Positions 37,942 to 46,701 of a stretch of DNA of 64,000 nucleotides are shown one piece after another. Position 1 is the first letter of the stretch; each line of letters opens with the position of its first letter. Source of the DNA: Paracoccaceae bacterium (GTDB lineage: Bacteria > Pseudomonadota > Alphaproteobacteria > Rhodobacterales > Rhodobacteraceae); the NCBI GenBank assembly GCA_050633265.1, contig JBOEGE010000005.1:227413-291412 (forward strand), read 5' to 3'. The notes beneath the pieces were generated by a model. That model was not told where the DNA came from and searched no databases. It worked only from the letters and a program-made list of their open reading frames with translations. The position numbers and the translations under genes are program-made.

Positions 37942-40215
37942 ATGGGGCAGGCTTTGCGAAAATCAGACCTAGAGGGTGCGGATGCGCCTGGGTTCTCAAT
38001 AGTGGTTCAAGATCACATTGAGAACCCGATTGGGAACCCTTTGGGAACCCCCGAAAAGTGGCTTGATGCATCTGCCCTTTCTGATCTGGCTGGCATCGCT
38101 ATCCAAGTGGCGCGTCGTGCCATGAAATCCCGAAAGTGGCGCGGTGCCGATCTCCTGGTCCAAGAGGTCCAGATCGGGCGTGGTGGTGCTGGTGGCAAGG
38201 CGCTCCAGGTGCATGTTGATAGCTTGCCCGCCGATCTGCGCGAGAGCTGGTATATCAGCCACGGCATCACGCTCAATGAAAGGCCTGACACCGAGACCGG
38301 CAAGACGGTCCTGGTGCCAGAGCAAACCTATCAGAATGACGCGCGCTTTGAGGCCGATCTGGCCTTGGCGCGGTGGCGGCAAGAGGTGATCCGGCCCATC
38401 CTGATCCTTGAGAAAGGCTCGCCCGCGCGCGCTGAGCTGATCGAGGAGCTGGCCCAGACCCCGCGCCTATTCCCAAACGGCAACCGCAAAAAGGTGGCCA
38501 AGTCTGCACTATATAACTGGGTGCGCGATTTCGAGGCCGAGGGTTTGAATGGCCTGATCCGCAAGCGCCGCGCCGATAGCGGTGCCAAGCGCCAAAAGGT
38601 CACCCGTGCCTGGGATGCGTTCTTTGAAGCGCACATCGATGCGGCCAAGCATGCCGAGATCAGCGATGAGCTGACCACCTACATCCGATCCCTCTGGGCG
38701 GCTGGTGAGCGCGGCTGGCGCTCGGTCACTGAGAAATCCACCACCCGCCTGATCGAGATGAGCCGAGGCCTTAATGTTCTGGCCTTTGATGCGCTGGAGC
38801 TGGGCCGGTGCGGTGACACCAACGCCAAGGGCACCCAGTTCGGCCTTTGCAACGTGAACCGCCGCCAGGTGGAGCATCACCGCGAATATGCGCTCCTCGC
38901 GATCAAGGACAAAGACAACGCGGTATTCCAGGACAACTATATGCCCTCGATCCGGCGTGACTATTCCAGCCTGTTGCCGCGCCAGATTGTCGTGGGTGAC
39001 GTTCACCCAGTGGACATCATGATGCGCCGCGAGGATGGCACGGTGGTCTATCCCAAGGCGATTGCCTGGTATGATGTGGCCACCAATGAAATCCACATGA
39101 CGTTTGTGCTTTGCGAGCCTGGTGAAGGCATCCGGCGCGAGCATGTGGCCCAGAGCTTTGAGGCGATGGTCGATGAGTGGGGCCTCCCAGAGATGCTCTA
39201 TCTCGACAACGGGTCAGAGTATTCCTGGGATGCCATGATCGGCGGTTTCACCCAGCTCTCAAAGCTCACCCAGGGCGGGCTCAAAGTCTTTGATCTCGAC
39301 GGTGATCCCAATGTCGCCAAGCGCGTTGCAAATGGTCGCGAGGCGGTTGTGCGCTCGATGCCATACAACGCGAAAGGCAAGCCAGGCATCGAGGGTGCCT
39401 TTGGCAATATCGAGCAAGTCTTTTTCGCCACAATCCCTGGCTGGACCGCTGGCGACCGCATGAACAAAAAGACCCACGCCAAGGGCAAGGACCCAGTGGC
39501 CTTTGATGGTGATGCGCATGCATTCCTTGAGACCGCTGGCACCGCCCTGGAGTGGTATCACAAGCGCCCTCAGCACGGGCGGCTTGCGGGCATGAGCCCC
39601 AATGAGGCCTTGCGCAATTTCATTGATCAGGGATGGGGTAAGACAACGCTCTCGCGCCCTGAGGTTCTGGCCCTGGCCTTTGCTGAGGAGGTCGAGCGCA
39701 TGCCAGATCGCGGGCGTGTCAGCTACACCCCACGGCGCGGCGAGACCATGTATTTCTATGCGGATGAGCTCCTCGGCCTTGATCACAAGATCACGCTCAG
39801 GGTGCCCGCGTTCAATCCCGAATTTGTGTTCTGTTTCGCCGATGGTGAGCTGATCTGCCAAGCCTTCCCTGAGCAAACCTTTGGCGTCCTCGATGGCGCT
39901 GGCGCTCATGAGGTCAACCGGCGCGGCAAGGCGTTCCGCCGCCAGATCGCCGAAAAGCGCAAGCATGTGGCCCTCCTCAGTCTCACCGAGGAAACCGAGC
40001 GCCACATCGCCCACATGCCCGATGCTCCAGAGGCTCCAGTCGCCGCGATTGTGGACGCTGGGATCATCGACCGCATGGCCCGCATGCAAGGGGAAAGCCG
40101 CAAGGCGCTCTTGGATGAGGCCGAAAACAAGAAACCCAAAGGCCCAGTCGAGCAATGGAAAACAGGCCCCAATGAGGTCCTGGCTGGGTTCCAATTTGCA
40201 GAGGATGAGGAATGA
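37942..40215 (+). CDS. Mu-type DDE transposase (MuA-like)
   Basis: 757 aa. The N-terminal winged helix (KWLDASALSDLAGI..RKWRG..ALQVHVDSLPADLRESWY) matches the Mu end/enhancer-binding domain pattern. The rve-like core has VVGDVHPVDIM and LYLDNGSEY. Confidence 0.88.
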   Translation: MGQALRKSDLEGADAPGFSIVVQDHIENPIGNPLGTPEKWLDASALSDLAGIAIQVARRAMKSRKWRGADLLVQEVQIGRGGAGGKALQVHVDSLPADLRESWYISHGITLNERPDTETGKTVLVPEQTYQNDARFEADLALARWRQEVIRPILILEKGSPARAELIEELAQTPRLFPNGNRKKVAKSALYNWVRDFEAEGLNGLIRKRRADSGAKRQKVTRAWDAFFEAHIDAAKHAEISDELTTYIRSLWAAGERGWRSVTEKSTTRLIEMSRGLNVLAFDALELGRCGDTNAKGTQFGLCNVNRRQVEHHREYALLAIKDKDNAVFQDNYMPSIRRDYSSLLPRQIVVGDVHPVDIMMRREDGTVVYPKAIAWYDVATNEIHMTFVLCEPGEGIRREHVAQSFEAMVDEWGLPEMLYLDNGSEYSWDAMIGGFTQLSKLTQGGLKVFDLDGDPNVAKRVANGREAVVRSMPYNAKGKPGIEGAFGNIEQVFFATIPGWTAGDRMNKKTHAKGKDPVAFDGDAHAFLETAGTALEWYHKRPQHGRLAGMSPNEALRNFIDQGWGKTTLSRPEVLALAFAEEVERMPDRGRVSYTPRRGETMYFYADELLGLDHKITLRVPAFNPEFVFCFADGELICQAFPEQTFGVLDGAGAHEVNRRGKAFRRQIAEKRKHVALLSLTEETERHIAHMPDAPEAPVAAIVDAGIIDRMARMQGESRKALLDEAENKKPKGPVEQWKTGPNEVLAGFQFAEDEE

Positions 40216-40937
40216 GCGATTTCATAAAAACAGCCCAAGCCGAGCAAGCGTTTGAGATGTGTCAAACCGTGCTCAAGGCTCGGCCATATAGTAAGATCGG
40301 CCAGATCACCGGCGATCCAGGCACCGGCAAATCGACACTGACCAACTGGCTCGCTGATGAGTTTGAAGGGGTGCGGGTCGAGTGCTGGATGGACATGGGT
40401 GACAAGGCCCTCCTGGAGGAGATCGCAATGGGCTTGAACGCCCGTGGCGCAAGCCTCGATGTGAGCGGCACCGCGCCCACCTTATTCCGCAAGATCAAGG
40501 GTGAGTGCGCTGGCAAGCTGATCATCATCGATGAGGCCAATCAGCTCAAATGGGCCACCCTCGAAAAGCTGCGCGGCCTGTCTGACATCGGCGGCGCGGG
40601 TCTGATCCTCGCGGGCACTGACATCCTAGCCAAGCGCCTGATCGAGGCGCGGGTGCGGGTGTATCTTGCCCAGCTTCGCCAGCGGATCGGGGCCAAAAAG
40701 GTGCTGATGAAACCCATCACCGATGATGCCGAGCTCGCCGCTTATGTGATCGCGCCACGCTTTGGGCAGGTCACCAAGGGCACCGCCAAGCGGTTCCGCA
40801 TCCTGACCCAAGGCCAGTGGCGCTCAGCGCTGGAGCTGGCCGATGCATGCGAGCGCCTGATGGCCAATGAGGGCATCACCAAGATCAATGAGCGCGTGGT
40901 CGAGACCGCCGCCGCATGGATGGCGGGGAGGAGCTGA
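40212..40937 (+). CDS. MuB-like AAA+ ATPase (transposition target-capture protein)
   Basis: Walker A GDPGTGKST and Walker B LIIIDEAN. Immediately follows and overlaps the transposase gene. Confidence 0.8.
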   Translation: MSDFIKTAQAEQAFEMCQTVLKARPYSKIGQITGDPGTGKSTLTNWLADEFEGVRVECWMDMGDKALLEEIAMGLNARGASLDVSGTAPTLFRKIKGECAGKLIIIDEANQLKWATLEKLRGLSDIGGAGLILAGTDILAKRLIEARVRVYLAQLRQRIGAKKVLMKPITDDAELAAYVIAPRFGQVTKGTAKRFRILTQGQWRSALELADACERLMANEGITKINERVVETAAAWMAGRS

Positions 40938-41305
40938 TGATGGCCTTTCCTGAAAACGTCCAAGAGCTGGTCTCGGTTGCCGCAATCTACGCCCTCGATG
41001 GCGCACCCTTCACCGCCGCTGATCGGCTCCACAAGGCCGCTGATGCACTCAAGATGGGCGCTATCGCGGCGGGCTATCCGATCCCAGAGGCCATGCAAAC
41101 CAAGCTCAAGCCGCTCGATGCTGACCTCGCCTGGGCGCTGCAATACGCCGAGGAGGATGCGCAGTTTAGCGCCGAGTTCAATGGTGAGGATGGCTACACC
41201 ACCGCCGATGCCCGCCGCCTTGAAACCGTGTTGCGCCGCCTGGCGCGCGAGGCTGGCTATGCGCTCCCCGAAACCGCCCAAACCGCTGGAGGTTCTCATG
41301 ATTAA
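40937..41305 (+). CDS. hypothetical phage early protein
   Basis: ATG overlaps the MuB-like stop (TGATG). Acidic, helical, no motif. Confidence 0.45.
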   Translation: MMAFPENVQELVSVAAIYALDGAPFTAADRLHKAADALKMGAIAAGYPIPEAMQTKLKPLDADLAWALQYAEEDAQFSAEFNGEDGYTTADARRLETVLRRLAREAGYALPETAQTAGGSHD

Positions 41306-41774
41306 GAGCGCAATCTCCAAACGCGCCAAGGCGCTGATCGAGAGCCGCAAGCCTGACTTTGTGATCGGGCCGAGCGCTGAGGAGCCTTACATGCTGCGGT
41401 GGTGGTGGATACCCCGCAATCGGTTCCTCAATGTCTATGTGCATGTGATCATGCGCGATGATGATGATCGCGCCTTGCATGATCATCCCTGGCCATCGCT
41501 TTCGCTTTTGGTCGAGGGCCAGATCGATGAGGCCTATCGCGCCCGCAATGGGGATCACATCGTGCGCCGCTTGTCTGAGGGTGAGTGGGTCTGGCGCGGG
41601 GCCAAGTTCCTGCACCGTCTCATGCTCCCAGGCGCACCAGCGATCACCGTATTCATCACCGGCCCGCGCATCCGAGAGTGGGGCTTTGCATGCCCCCAAG
41701 GCTGGGTCCACTGGCGCGATTTTGTCGCCAAGGACAACGCCGGATCGATTGGCCGAGGATGTGGGGAGGTCTGA
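41298..41774 (+). CDS. hypothetical phage protein with cupin-like His motif
   Basis: ATG 41298 within track ORF 40977..41774. Contains LHDHPWPSLSLLVEG...FLHRL. Confidence 0.5.
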   Translation: MIKSAISKRAKALIESRKPDFVIGPSAEEPYMLRWWWIPRNRFLNVYVHVIMRDDDDRALHDHPWPSLSLLVEGQIDEAYRARNGDHIVRRLSEGEWVWRGAKFLHRLMLPGAPAITVFITGPRIREWGFACPQGWVHWRDFVAKDNAGSIGRGCGEV

Positions 41775-41826
41775 CCTCCCAACCCGCAAACCAAACCGCA
41801 ACCCACGTCTAACCAAAGGACAGACA

Positions 41827-42441
41827 ATGCAAAATGATGAAATCCCAAAGGGTTATATGAAGAACGCCGAGGGCGCTCTGATGCCCATCAACAAGGTGAA
41901 ACCCGCTCATATCCAAGAGGATAAGACGGTGCGCCGCCTGATCGATCAAGCCAAGGCGGTGAGCGCCCAGCTTGCCAAGTTCAAGGCTGATGCGATGGGC
42001 GATGCCCAGGCATTCCGCGCCATGATCGCCGATCAATACGGTGCCACCAAAGGCGGTGCCAAGGGCAACATGACCCTGCGCTCCTATGACGGTGAGATGA
42101 TGGTCCAGGTCCAAGTCTCTGAGACCATCGATTTCGGTGTCGAGCTGCAAGCGGCCAAAGAGCTGATCGATGAGTGCATCGGCAAGTGGTCCAAGGGCTC
42201 CAATAACAACATCAAGGTGCTGGTGAATGACGCTTTCCGCGTCAACAAAGAGCGCAACATCGACACGGGCCGAGTGCTCGGCCTTCGCCGCCTGGAGATC
42301 GATGATCCGATCTGGGCCAAGGCGATGGATGCGATCTCTGATGCCGTTCGGGTGACCGGATCGCGCAGCTACATCCGCTTCTATGAAACCGATCTTGAGG
42401 GTGGCCGCAAGGCGATCCCTCTGGACCTGGCATCGGTCTAA
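41827..42441 (+). CDS. DUF3164-family protein (common in Mu-like early regions)
   Basis: ATG 41827. The IPKGYMKNAEGALMPINKVKP..DK.V pattern plus position make this a recollection-level match. Confidence 0.6.
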   Translation: MQNDEIPKGYMKNAEGALMPINKVKPAHIQEDKTVRRLIDQAKAVSAQLAKFKADAMGDAQAFRAMIADQYGATKGGAKGNMTLRSYDGEMMVQVQVSETIDFGVELQAAKELIDECIGKWSKGSNNNIKVLVNDAFRVNKERNIDTGRVLGLRRLEIDDPIWAKAMDAISDAVRVTGSRSYIRFYETDLEGGRKAIPLDLASV

Positions 42442-42491
42442 CCGAGCCACAACCCAACGGCCAAAACGGCCACAACACAAGGTAAGAAACC

Positions 42492-42764
42492 ATGACAAAA
42501 GCAGACCTTTTGAAAGCCATCTCAGCCGATGCCGGTGAAACCGCCGCAACCGTTGATGCGGTCCTGACATCCCTGGCCAACGTCACATCCAAGGCGCTCG
42601 GCGAGGGTGAGGATGTGACCATCCCAGGCTTGCTCAAGCTCGACACGAAAGAGCGCGCCGCCCGCAAAGGCCGCAACCCCAAGACTGGCGAGGAGATCGA
42701 CATCGCCGCCAAGACCGTTGTTTCGGTGAAGGTCCTCAAGGGCCTGGCTGATCACGTCGCCTAA
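42492..42764 (+). CDS. HU/IHF-family DNA-binding protein, phage-encoded
   Basis: MTKADLLKAIS...VTIPGLLKLDTKERAARKGRNPKTGEEIDIAAKTVVSVKVLKGL. Confidence 0.9.
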   Translation: MTKADLLKAISADAGETAATVDAVLTSLANVTSKALGEGEDVTIPGLLKLDTKERAARKGRNPKTGEEIDIAAKTVVSVKVLKGLADHVA

Positions 42765-42770
42765 CCAGTC

Positions 42771-42802
42771 GCCACCGCGCCGCCCTCCCTCGGCGCGGTG
42801 GC
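42771..42802 (+). other. strong 12-bp-stem hairpin after the HU gene (no U-tract)
   Basis: GCCACCGCGCCG-N8-CGGCGCGGTGGC. Confidence 0.5.
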
Positions 42803-42821
42803 ACCATCGAGGAGAGACATC

Positions 42822-43070
42822 ATGACCACGCCCTGGACAGAAAAAGGCACTCGCGCCAAGTGCCGCCGTAAGCTCAAGGCCATCAAGCGCAAAGTGAGTA
42901 AAATGGCTGAGGAGATCGCCTATGATTGGGGTGATGTGGATCAGTCGATTGTGAGCTCATGCGATGAGATGATCGAGGCGGTCGATCTGCATGCCGGTGA
43001 GATCGAGACCTATATGACTGAGCGGGTGAAAGAGGCTCAAGATGGCGATCAACTGAGGATGCCGGTGTGA
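42822..43070 (+). CDS. hypothetical phage protein
   Basis: ATG 42822 preceded by GAGGAGAG. The track start at 42798 lies inside the hairpin. Confidence 0.45.
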   Translation: MTTPWTEKGTRAKCRRKLKAIKRKVSKMAEEIAYDWGDVDQSIVSSCDEMIEAVDLHAGEIETYMTERVKEAQDGDQLRMPV

Positions 43071-43306
43071 GCGCCCATCACGTTACCATCACCGAGATCG
43101 CCAAGGTCTCAGGCCTCACCCGCAAGCATGTGCGCCGCATGGCCTATCGCGCCACCCTGGGCCGCTCCTGGTGCGGTGCTGACATGCGCTTGACCACTCC
43201 CGCAAAAGGTGAATGGTCGGTCGAATTTACCACCCTGCCGGACCACATCCGCGAGGCTTTCGTGATGGTGGGCCAAGAGGAGCTCCCGCTCCCAGGGATC
43301 GCCTGA
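43067..43306 (+). CDS. small protein with Mu-type winged-helix DNA-binding domain
   Basis: GTG start overlapping the previous stop. VTITEIAKVSGLTRKHVRRMAYRA...W.....EWSVEFTTLPDHIREAF resembles the N-terminal domain of the transposase in this same element. Confidence 0.5.
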   Translation: MSAHHVTITEIAKVSGLTRKHVRRMAYRATLGRSWCGADMRLTTPAKGEWSVEFTTLPDHIREAFVMVGQEELPLPGIA

Positions 43307-43357
43307 GCACAAATTAAATTGGAATGGCGCTGAGCTCGCCATTGATGAGGACTTGAT

Positions 43358-43852
43358 ATGAGCAACCCAAAGACATCCCCACAGCGCCGCAATAGCGATC
43401 TGGCTATGATCCATATCGGAGCCAAGCGGCTCTTTGGTGATGTCTCAAAAGGGGGCGATGGCCGCGAGGCCTATGAGGATTGGCTGGAGCGCCACACTGG
43501 CAAACGCTCGGCGGGCAAGCTGACCACCGGCCAGCGCATCGATCTGATCAAGATGATGCGCAAGGATGGCCTGATCCCTGATCGATCCATTGGCGGCAAA
43601 GGTCCCACGGCGGGTGGCGAGGAGCGCCCGACATCATCCCAGTGGGCCAAGATCGCGGCGCTTGGCCGTGCAATGGGCTGGGCGCAAGGCCTGGAGGATG
43701 AGCGCTTGCGGTCCTTTGTGAAGCGCACCGCCAAGGTCAGCTCCACCAAGTTCCTGAGCCGCACCCAGGCGAGCAAGGTGATCATGGGCCTGGAGGTCTG
43801 GGTCGCCGAGCGCCAGGACCTCAATGAGGGGGGCGGCAATGCAGTGTCCTAA
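43358..43852 (+). CDS. gemA: GemA/gp16-like protein (DUF1018)
   Basis: DLAMIHIGAKRLFGD...YEDWLERHTGKRSAGKLT..QRIDLIKMMRKDG....QWAKI.AL...GW. Confidence 0.7.
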   Translation: MSNPKTSPQRRNSDLAMIHIGAKRLFGDVSKGGDGREAYEDWLERHTGKRSAGKLTTGQRIDLIKMMRKDGLIPDRSIGGKGPTAGGEERPTSSQWAKIAALGRAMGWAQGLEDERLRSFVKRTAKVSSTKFLSRTQASKVIMGLEVWVAERQDLNEGGGNAVS

Positions 43853-44051
43853 ATGTGGTGGCCGCGCCTACGTCTATGCGACCAAGCCAGCCGGAACCCT
43901 CAAACAACGCTATCGCCAATGCCGCATATGCGGCCACCGCTTCTCCACTTGGGAGGAGATCGAGGATCGCGAATTGCGCGGATATGAGAGCGCGAAAAAG
44001 GCACTCGCGCCCGATCTTTTTGAAACCGCCGATACCGCGAAAGCCAAGTGA
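43839..44051 (+). CDS. Ogr/Delta-type zinc-finger protein (candidate late transcription activator)
   Basis: MQCPKCGG...YRQCRICGHRFSTWEEI, with CxxC-N21-CxxC spacing as in P2 Ogr. Overlaps the gemA end by 14 nt. Confidence 0.55.
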   Translation: MQCPKCGGRAYVYATKPAGTLKQRYRQCRICGHRFSTWEEIEDRELRGYESAKKALAPDLFETADTAKAK

Positions 44052-44052
44052 A

Positions 44053-44391
44053 ATGGGGGCGAGAGGCAAGGGCCGTGTAGCGGCACCCGCTGCACACCCC
44101 TTGGCGGGGATCGGGCACAATGGCGCGCCCGATGATGAGGCGCTCACCCTCGATGATCTGGCCATGCGCCTCTTTGAGGTGATTGGCCCGCGCGCTGATC
44201 TGGAGATCGAGCCCTTTGAATGCGGAGCGCCCTGGACCGCCCATGCGACCGAGGAGGAGCTCAAGCGCCTCGGCACCCTCCAGGCCCGCATCATCCGCCG
44301 CGAGCAAGCGCTCAAAGAGCTCAAGGCCGAGCGCAAGCGGATCATGAATAGAAACATCCGGCGCATGCGCCGAGCTGATGGCAAAGAGTGA
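44053..44391 (+). CDS. hypothetical phage protein (basic C-terminus)
   Basis: ATG 44053, 1 nt after the previous stop. Contains GIGHNGAPDD and a C-terminal coiled/basic RKRIMNRNIRRMRR. Confidence 0.45.
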   Translation: MGARGKGRVAAPAAHPLAGIGHNGAPDDEALTLDDLAMRLFEVIGPRADLEIEPFECGAPWTAHATEEELKRLGTLQARIIRREQALKELKAERKRIMNRNIRRMRRADGKE

Positions 44392-44404
44392 AAAGGAGAA
44401 GTTT

Positions 44405-44608
44405 ATGGAAGAATATGAAGCTCTGGTGGCGGCGATTGTAATGATCGACGGCGCAATTCAGAACCTTGAGGACGTCGATCACGAAGGGCCAGCCCGTATT
44501 ATTTTGAATGACACTCGCAACGTGTTGAATGCTGAGCGCGTGGCTATGCTGGGGAACGGGGCGCAACGCCCGTTCTCGGCTCTTGAGGCTCTGGAGGGAA
44601 AGCAATGA
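44405..44608 (+). CDS. hypothetical phage protein
   Basis: ATG 44405 has a strong AAGGAG 7 nt upstream. An alternative ATG exists at 44378. Confidence 0.45.
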   Translation: MEEYEALVAAIVMIDGAIQNLEDVDHEGPARIILNDTRNVLNAERVAMLGNGAQRPFSALEALEGKQ

Positions 44609-45522
44609 GCCTGGCTGAGGACGCAATCAAAAGCGCCGCCACGCGCCGCCTGGCGCGCTCGGTGGTTATCAAGGATGCCGAGGCCTATGAGCGCCTATAT
44701 GGTGAGCTCCAGACGGGCATGACCAATGCCTGGTCAGAGGCCATGCGCGAGGGCATAGCCGCCGCCCTGGACCGCCTGAGAGACCTTGGGCCAGGCAAGT
44801 TTACCCGCGAGGATGGTGACGCCATCATGCGCGTCCTGGAGGCCTCGGTGGGGCCTGAGGCGATTGCCGCCGCTATGCGCGAGCCGGTGATCAACTTGAC
44901 CGATGCGCTATTTCGCACGGGCGCTGAGGAGGTTGGCCAGGCGGCGGGTGTCGCCATCGCCTTCGCCCGCCCCGATCTGGATGCGCTCGATGTGCTCAAG
45001 ACTGGCAACCTCTATTGGGTGGGCAATAGCTGGAACATCCGCACTCAGAACACCATCGCCAAAATCCTTGAGGATTACTTCACCGAGGGCATGACCCGCG
45101 AGGGGCTGACCCAGCGTTTCGCCGAGGACTTCGCGGGCATGACCGATAGGAGCCGACACTATTGGGAGATGCTGGCCGATCACACCGCCACCAAGACGCG
45201 CGAGATCGGGCGGGTGTCTGGCTATGAGCGGGCGGGCGTCGAGCGTGTCCAGGTGCGCGCCCAGCTCGATGAGGGCACCACCGAGATATGCCGCCAGATG
45301 CATGGCCGGATCATCGAGGTGACCAAGATGCGCGCCCAGGTAGCCGAGTATCTGGACGCCGTAGCCGTGCGCGATGAGCCGCGCGCCAAGGCCGCTTGGG
45401 CCATGAATAGCGATGATGATGTGGACCTCAGCGAGATCGCCGATGAGGACCTCGATGCATCCATCGCCAGCCCGCCCTATCACTTCCGGTGCCGCACAAT
45501 CACGGTGGCATATTTCGGATAG
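44605..45522 (+). CDS. head morphogenesis protein, Mu gpF / SPP1 gp7 family
   Basis: YWEMLADHTATKTREIGRVSGY...VQVRAQLDEGTTEICRQMHG....PPYHFRCR. Confidence 0.7.
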   Translation: MSLAEDAIKSAATRRLARSVVIKDAEAYERLYGELQTGMTNAWSEAMREGIAAALDRLRDLGPGKFTREDGDAIMRVLEASVGPEAIAAAMREPVINLTDALFRTGAEEVGQAAGVAIAFARPDLDALDVLKTGNLYWVGNSWNIRTQNTIAKILEDYFTEGMTREGLTQRFAEDFAGMTDRSRHYWEMLADHTATKTREIGRVSGYERAGVERVQVRAQLDEGTTEICRQMHGRIIEVTKMRAQVAEYLDAVAVRDEPRAKAAWAMNSDDDVDLSEIADEDLDASIASPPYHFRCRTITVAYFG

Positions 45523-45780
45523 GCGGAACGCGATAAAATGGAATGACTTGACGAAAACGACCGGATGGCGCATCTAGGGCGGGTCAACAGCGGATTTAGA
45601 AACCTGCGATTGACCACTGACCCAAGCACGGATGCGCCCCGGTGAAGGCGACTTCATCAAGGACTTCCGGGGGCTGCGCGTGTATGTCCAAGGCTTTGGC
45701 CCAAAGACGCGCAGATGCCGTGCTTGGCGGTGTTTCTAACCCCCGGAGGGCTGCGGCCCTCCCTATTGGGAGACCAAGCC

Positions 45781-46299
45781 ATGAACGCATTGACGTTCCA
45801 CGATACCACCATGACCATCATCGAGCGGGGCGGTGCGCCCTGGATGCCAGGGCCAGAGATTGGCGCGGCGTTGGGATATGAGGACCCCGCCGCTTCTATC
45901 AGGCAGTCCTTTGAGCGCCATCGTGCTGAGTTCACTGAGCAAATGACCACCCGTATTAAATTGGGACGGGTGGGTGAAACGCAAAGGATCACCCGCGTAT
46001 TCTCCCCACGCGGCGCGCTCCTCCTTGCCATGCATGCCCAAACGGATCGGGCGGTGGCCTTTCGCGCTTGGGTGCTCGATGTGCTGGAGGGCAAGGTGCC
46101 CCTGCCGGGCTTTGAGGATCGGCGCATCGCGATGGCGCAAGCCATCCTCGATCATCACCCACGCTGGAAGGCGCACCGCCGCTATCGCGGCATGGGCTTG
46201 ACCCTGCGCGAGGTGGCCAAGCTGACCGATGTGTCGCTGATCACTGCGCGCCGTGACGCCGCCGACCTGCGCCGCCTGGGGCTGGAGGTGGCGCAATGA
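45781..46299 (+). CDS. Bro-N domain protein with C-terminal HTH (antirepressor-like)
   Basis: LTFHDTTMTIIERGGAPWMPGPEIGAALGYEDP...RVFSPRGALLLAMHAQTDRAVAFRAWVLDVL. The C-terminus has LTLREVAKLTDVSLITARRD. Confidence 0.65.
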   Translation: MNALTFHDTTMTIIERGGAPWMPGPEIGAALGYEDPAASIRQSFERHRAEFTEQMTTRIKLGRVGETQRITRVFSPRGALLLAMHAQTDRAVAFRAWVLDVLEGKVPLPGFEDRRIAMAQAILDHHPRWKAHRRYRGMGLTLREVAKLTDVSLITARRDAADLRRLGLEVAQ

Positions 46300-46460
46300 A
46301 ATGTCATGAGAGGCAGGACCACATCAACGAGGCGCGCGACATCGCGGCGGGGATGCAAAGCCTGATCTGTGAGGCCCCAAAGGAGGTGGTGATCGAGGCT
46401 AACGCACTCTATGCGTTGCTGAATTGCATCATCGAGAGGCTTGATGCGGCCTCAAAATAG
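46296..46460 (+). CDS. small hypothetical protein (54 aa, below the ORF-track cutoff)
   Basis: ATGA overlap with the Bro-N gene. Translation is MKCHERQDHINEARDIAAGMQSLICEAPKEVVIEANALYALLNCIIERLDAASK. Ends just before the terminator. Confidence 0.4.
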   Translation: MKCHERQDHINEARDIAAGMQSLICEAPKEVVIEANALYALLNCIIERLDAASK

Positions 46461-46465
46461 GGAAC

Positions 46466-46496
46466 GGGCGGGATCTGATACGGTCCCGCCCTTTTC
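46466..46496. terminator. terminator hairpin between convergent phage operons
   Basis: GGGCGGGA-N10-TCCCGCCC followed by TTTT. Confidence 0.7.
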
Positions 46497-46701
46497 ATTT
46501 GTCCGCCTTGCCATCGAGCTTGCGCTCGATCCGCTCCAGTGAGTGCCCGATCCGGTCAAGGGCCTCATCGTGGTGCTTGGACTGCATATCCTGTTTTGTC
46601 TCCAGGATCGCCACGCGCCCCTTGAGGTGGAACCATTGCGCCACTAGGCCGATCACCATGCCGCCCCATGTGAGAATGTCTTTGAGGTTCACTTCCATCA
46701 C
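46495..46701 (-). CDS. small single-TM protein (holin/antiholin candidate or unknown)
   Basis: One TM helix (ILTWGGMVIGLVAQWF) plus a charged helical tail. It is the last gene of the leftward operon. Confidence 0.4.
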   Translation of the reverse strand: MMEVNLKDILTWGGMVIGLVAQWFHLKGRVAILETKQDMQSKHHDEALDRIGHSLERIERKLDGKADK

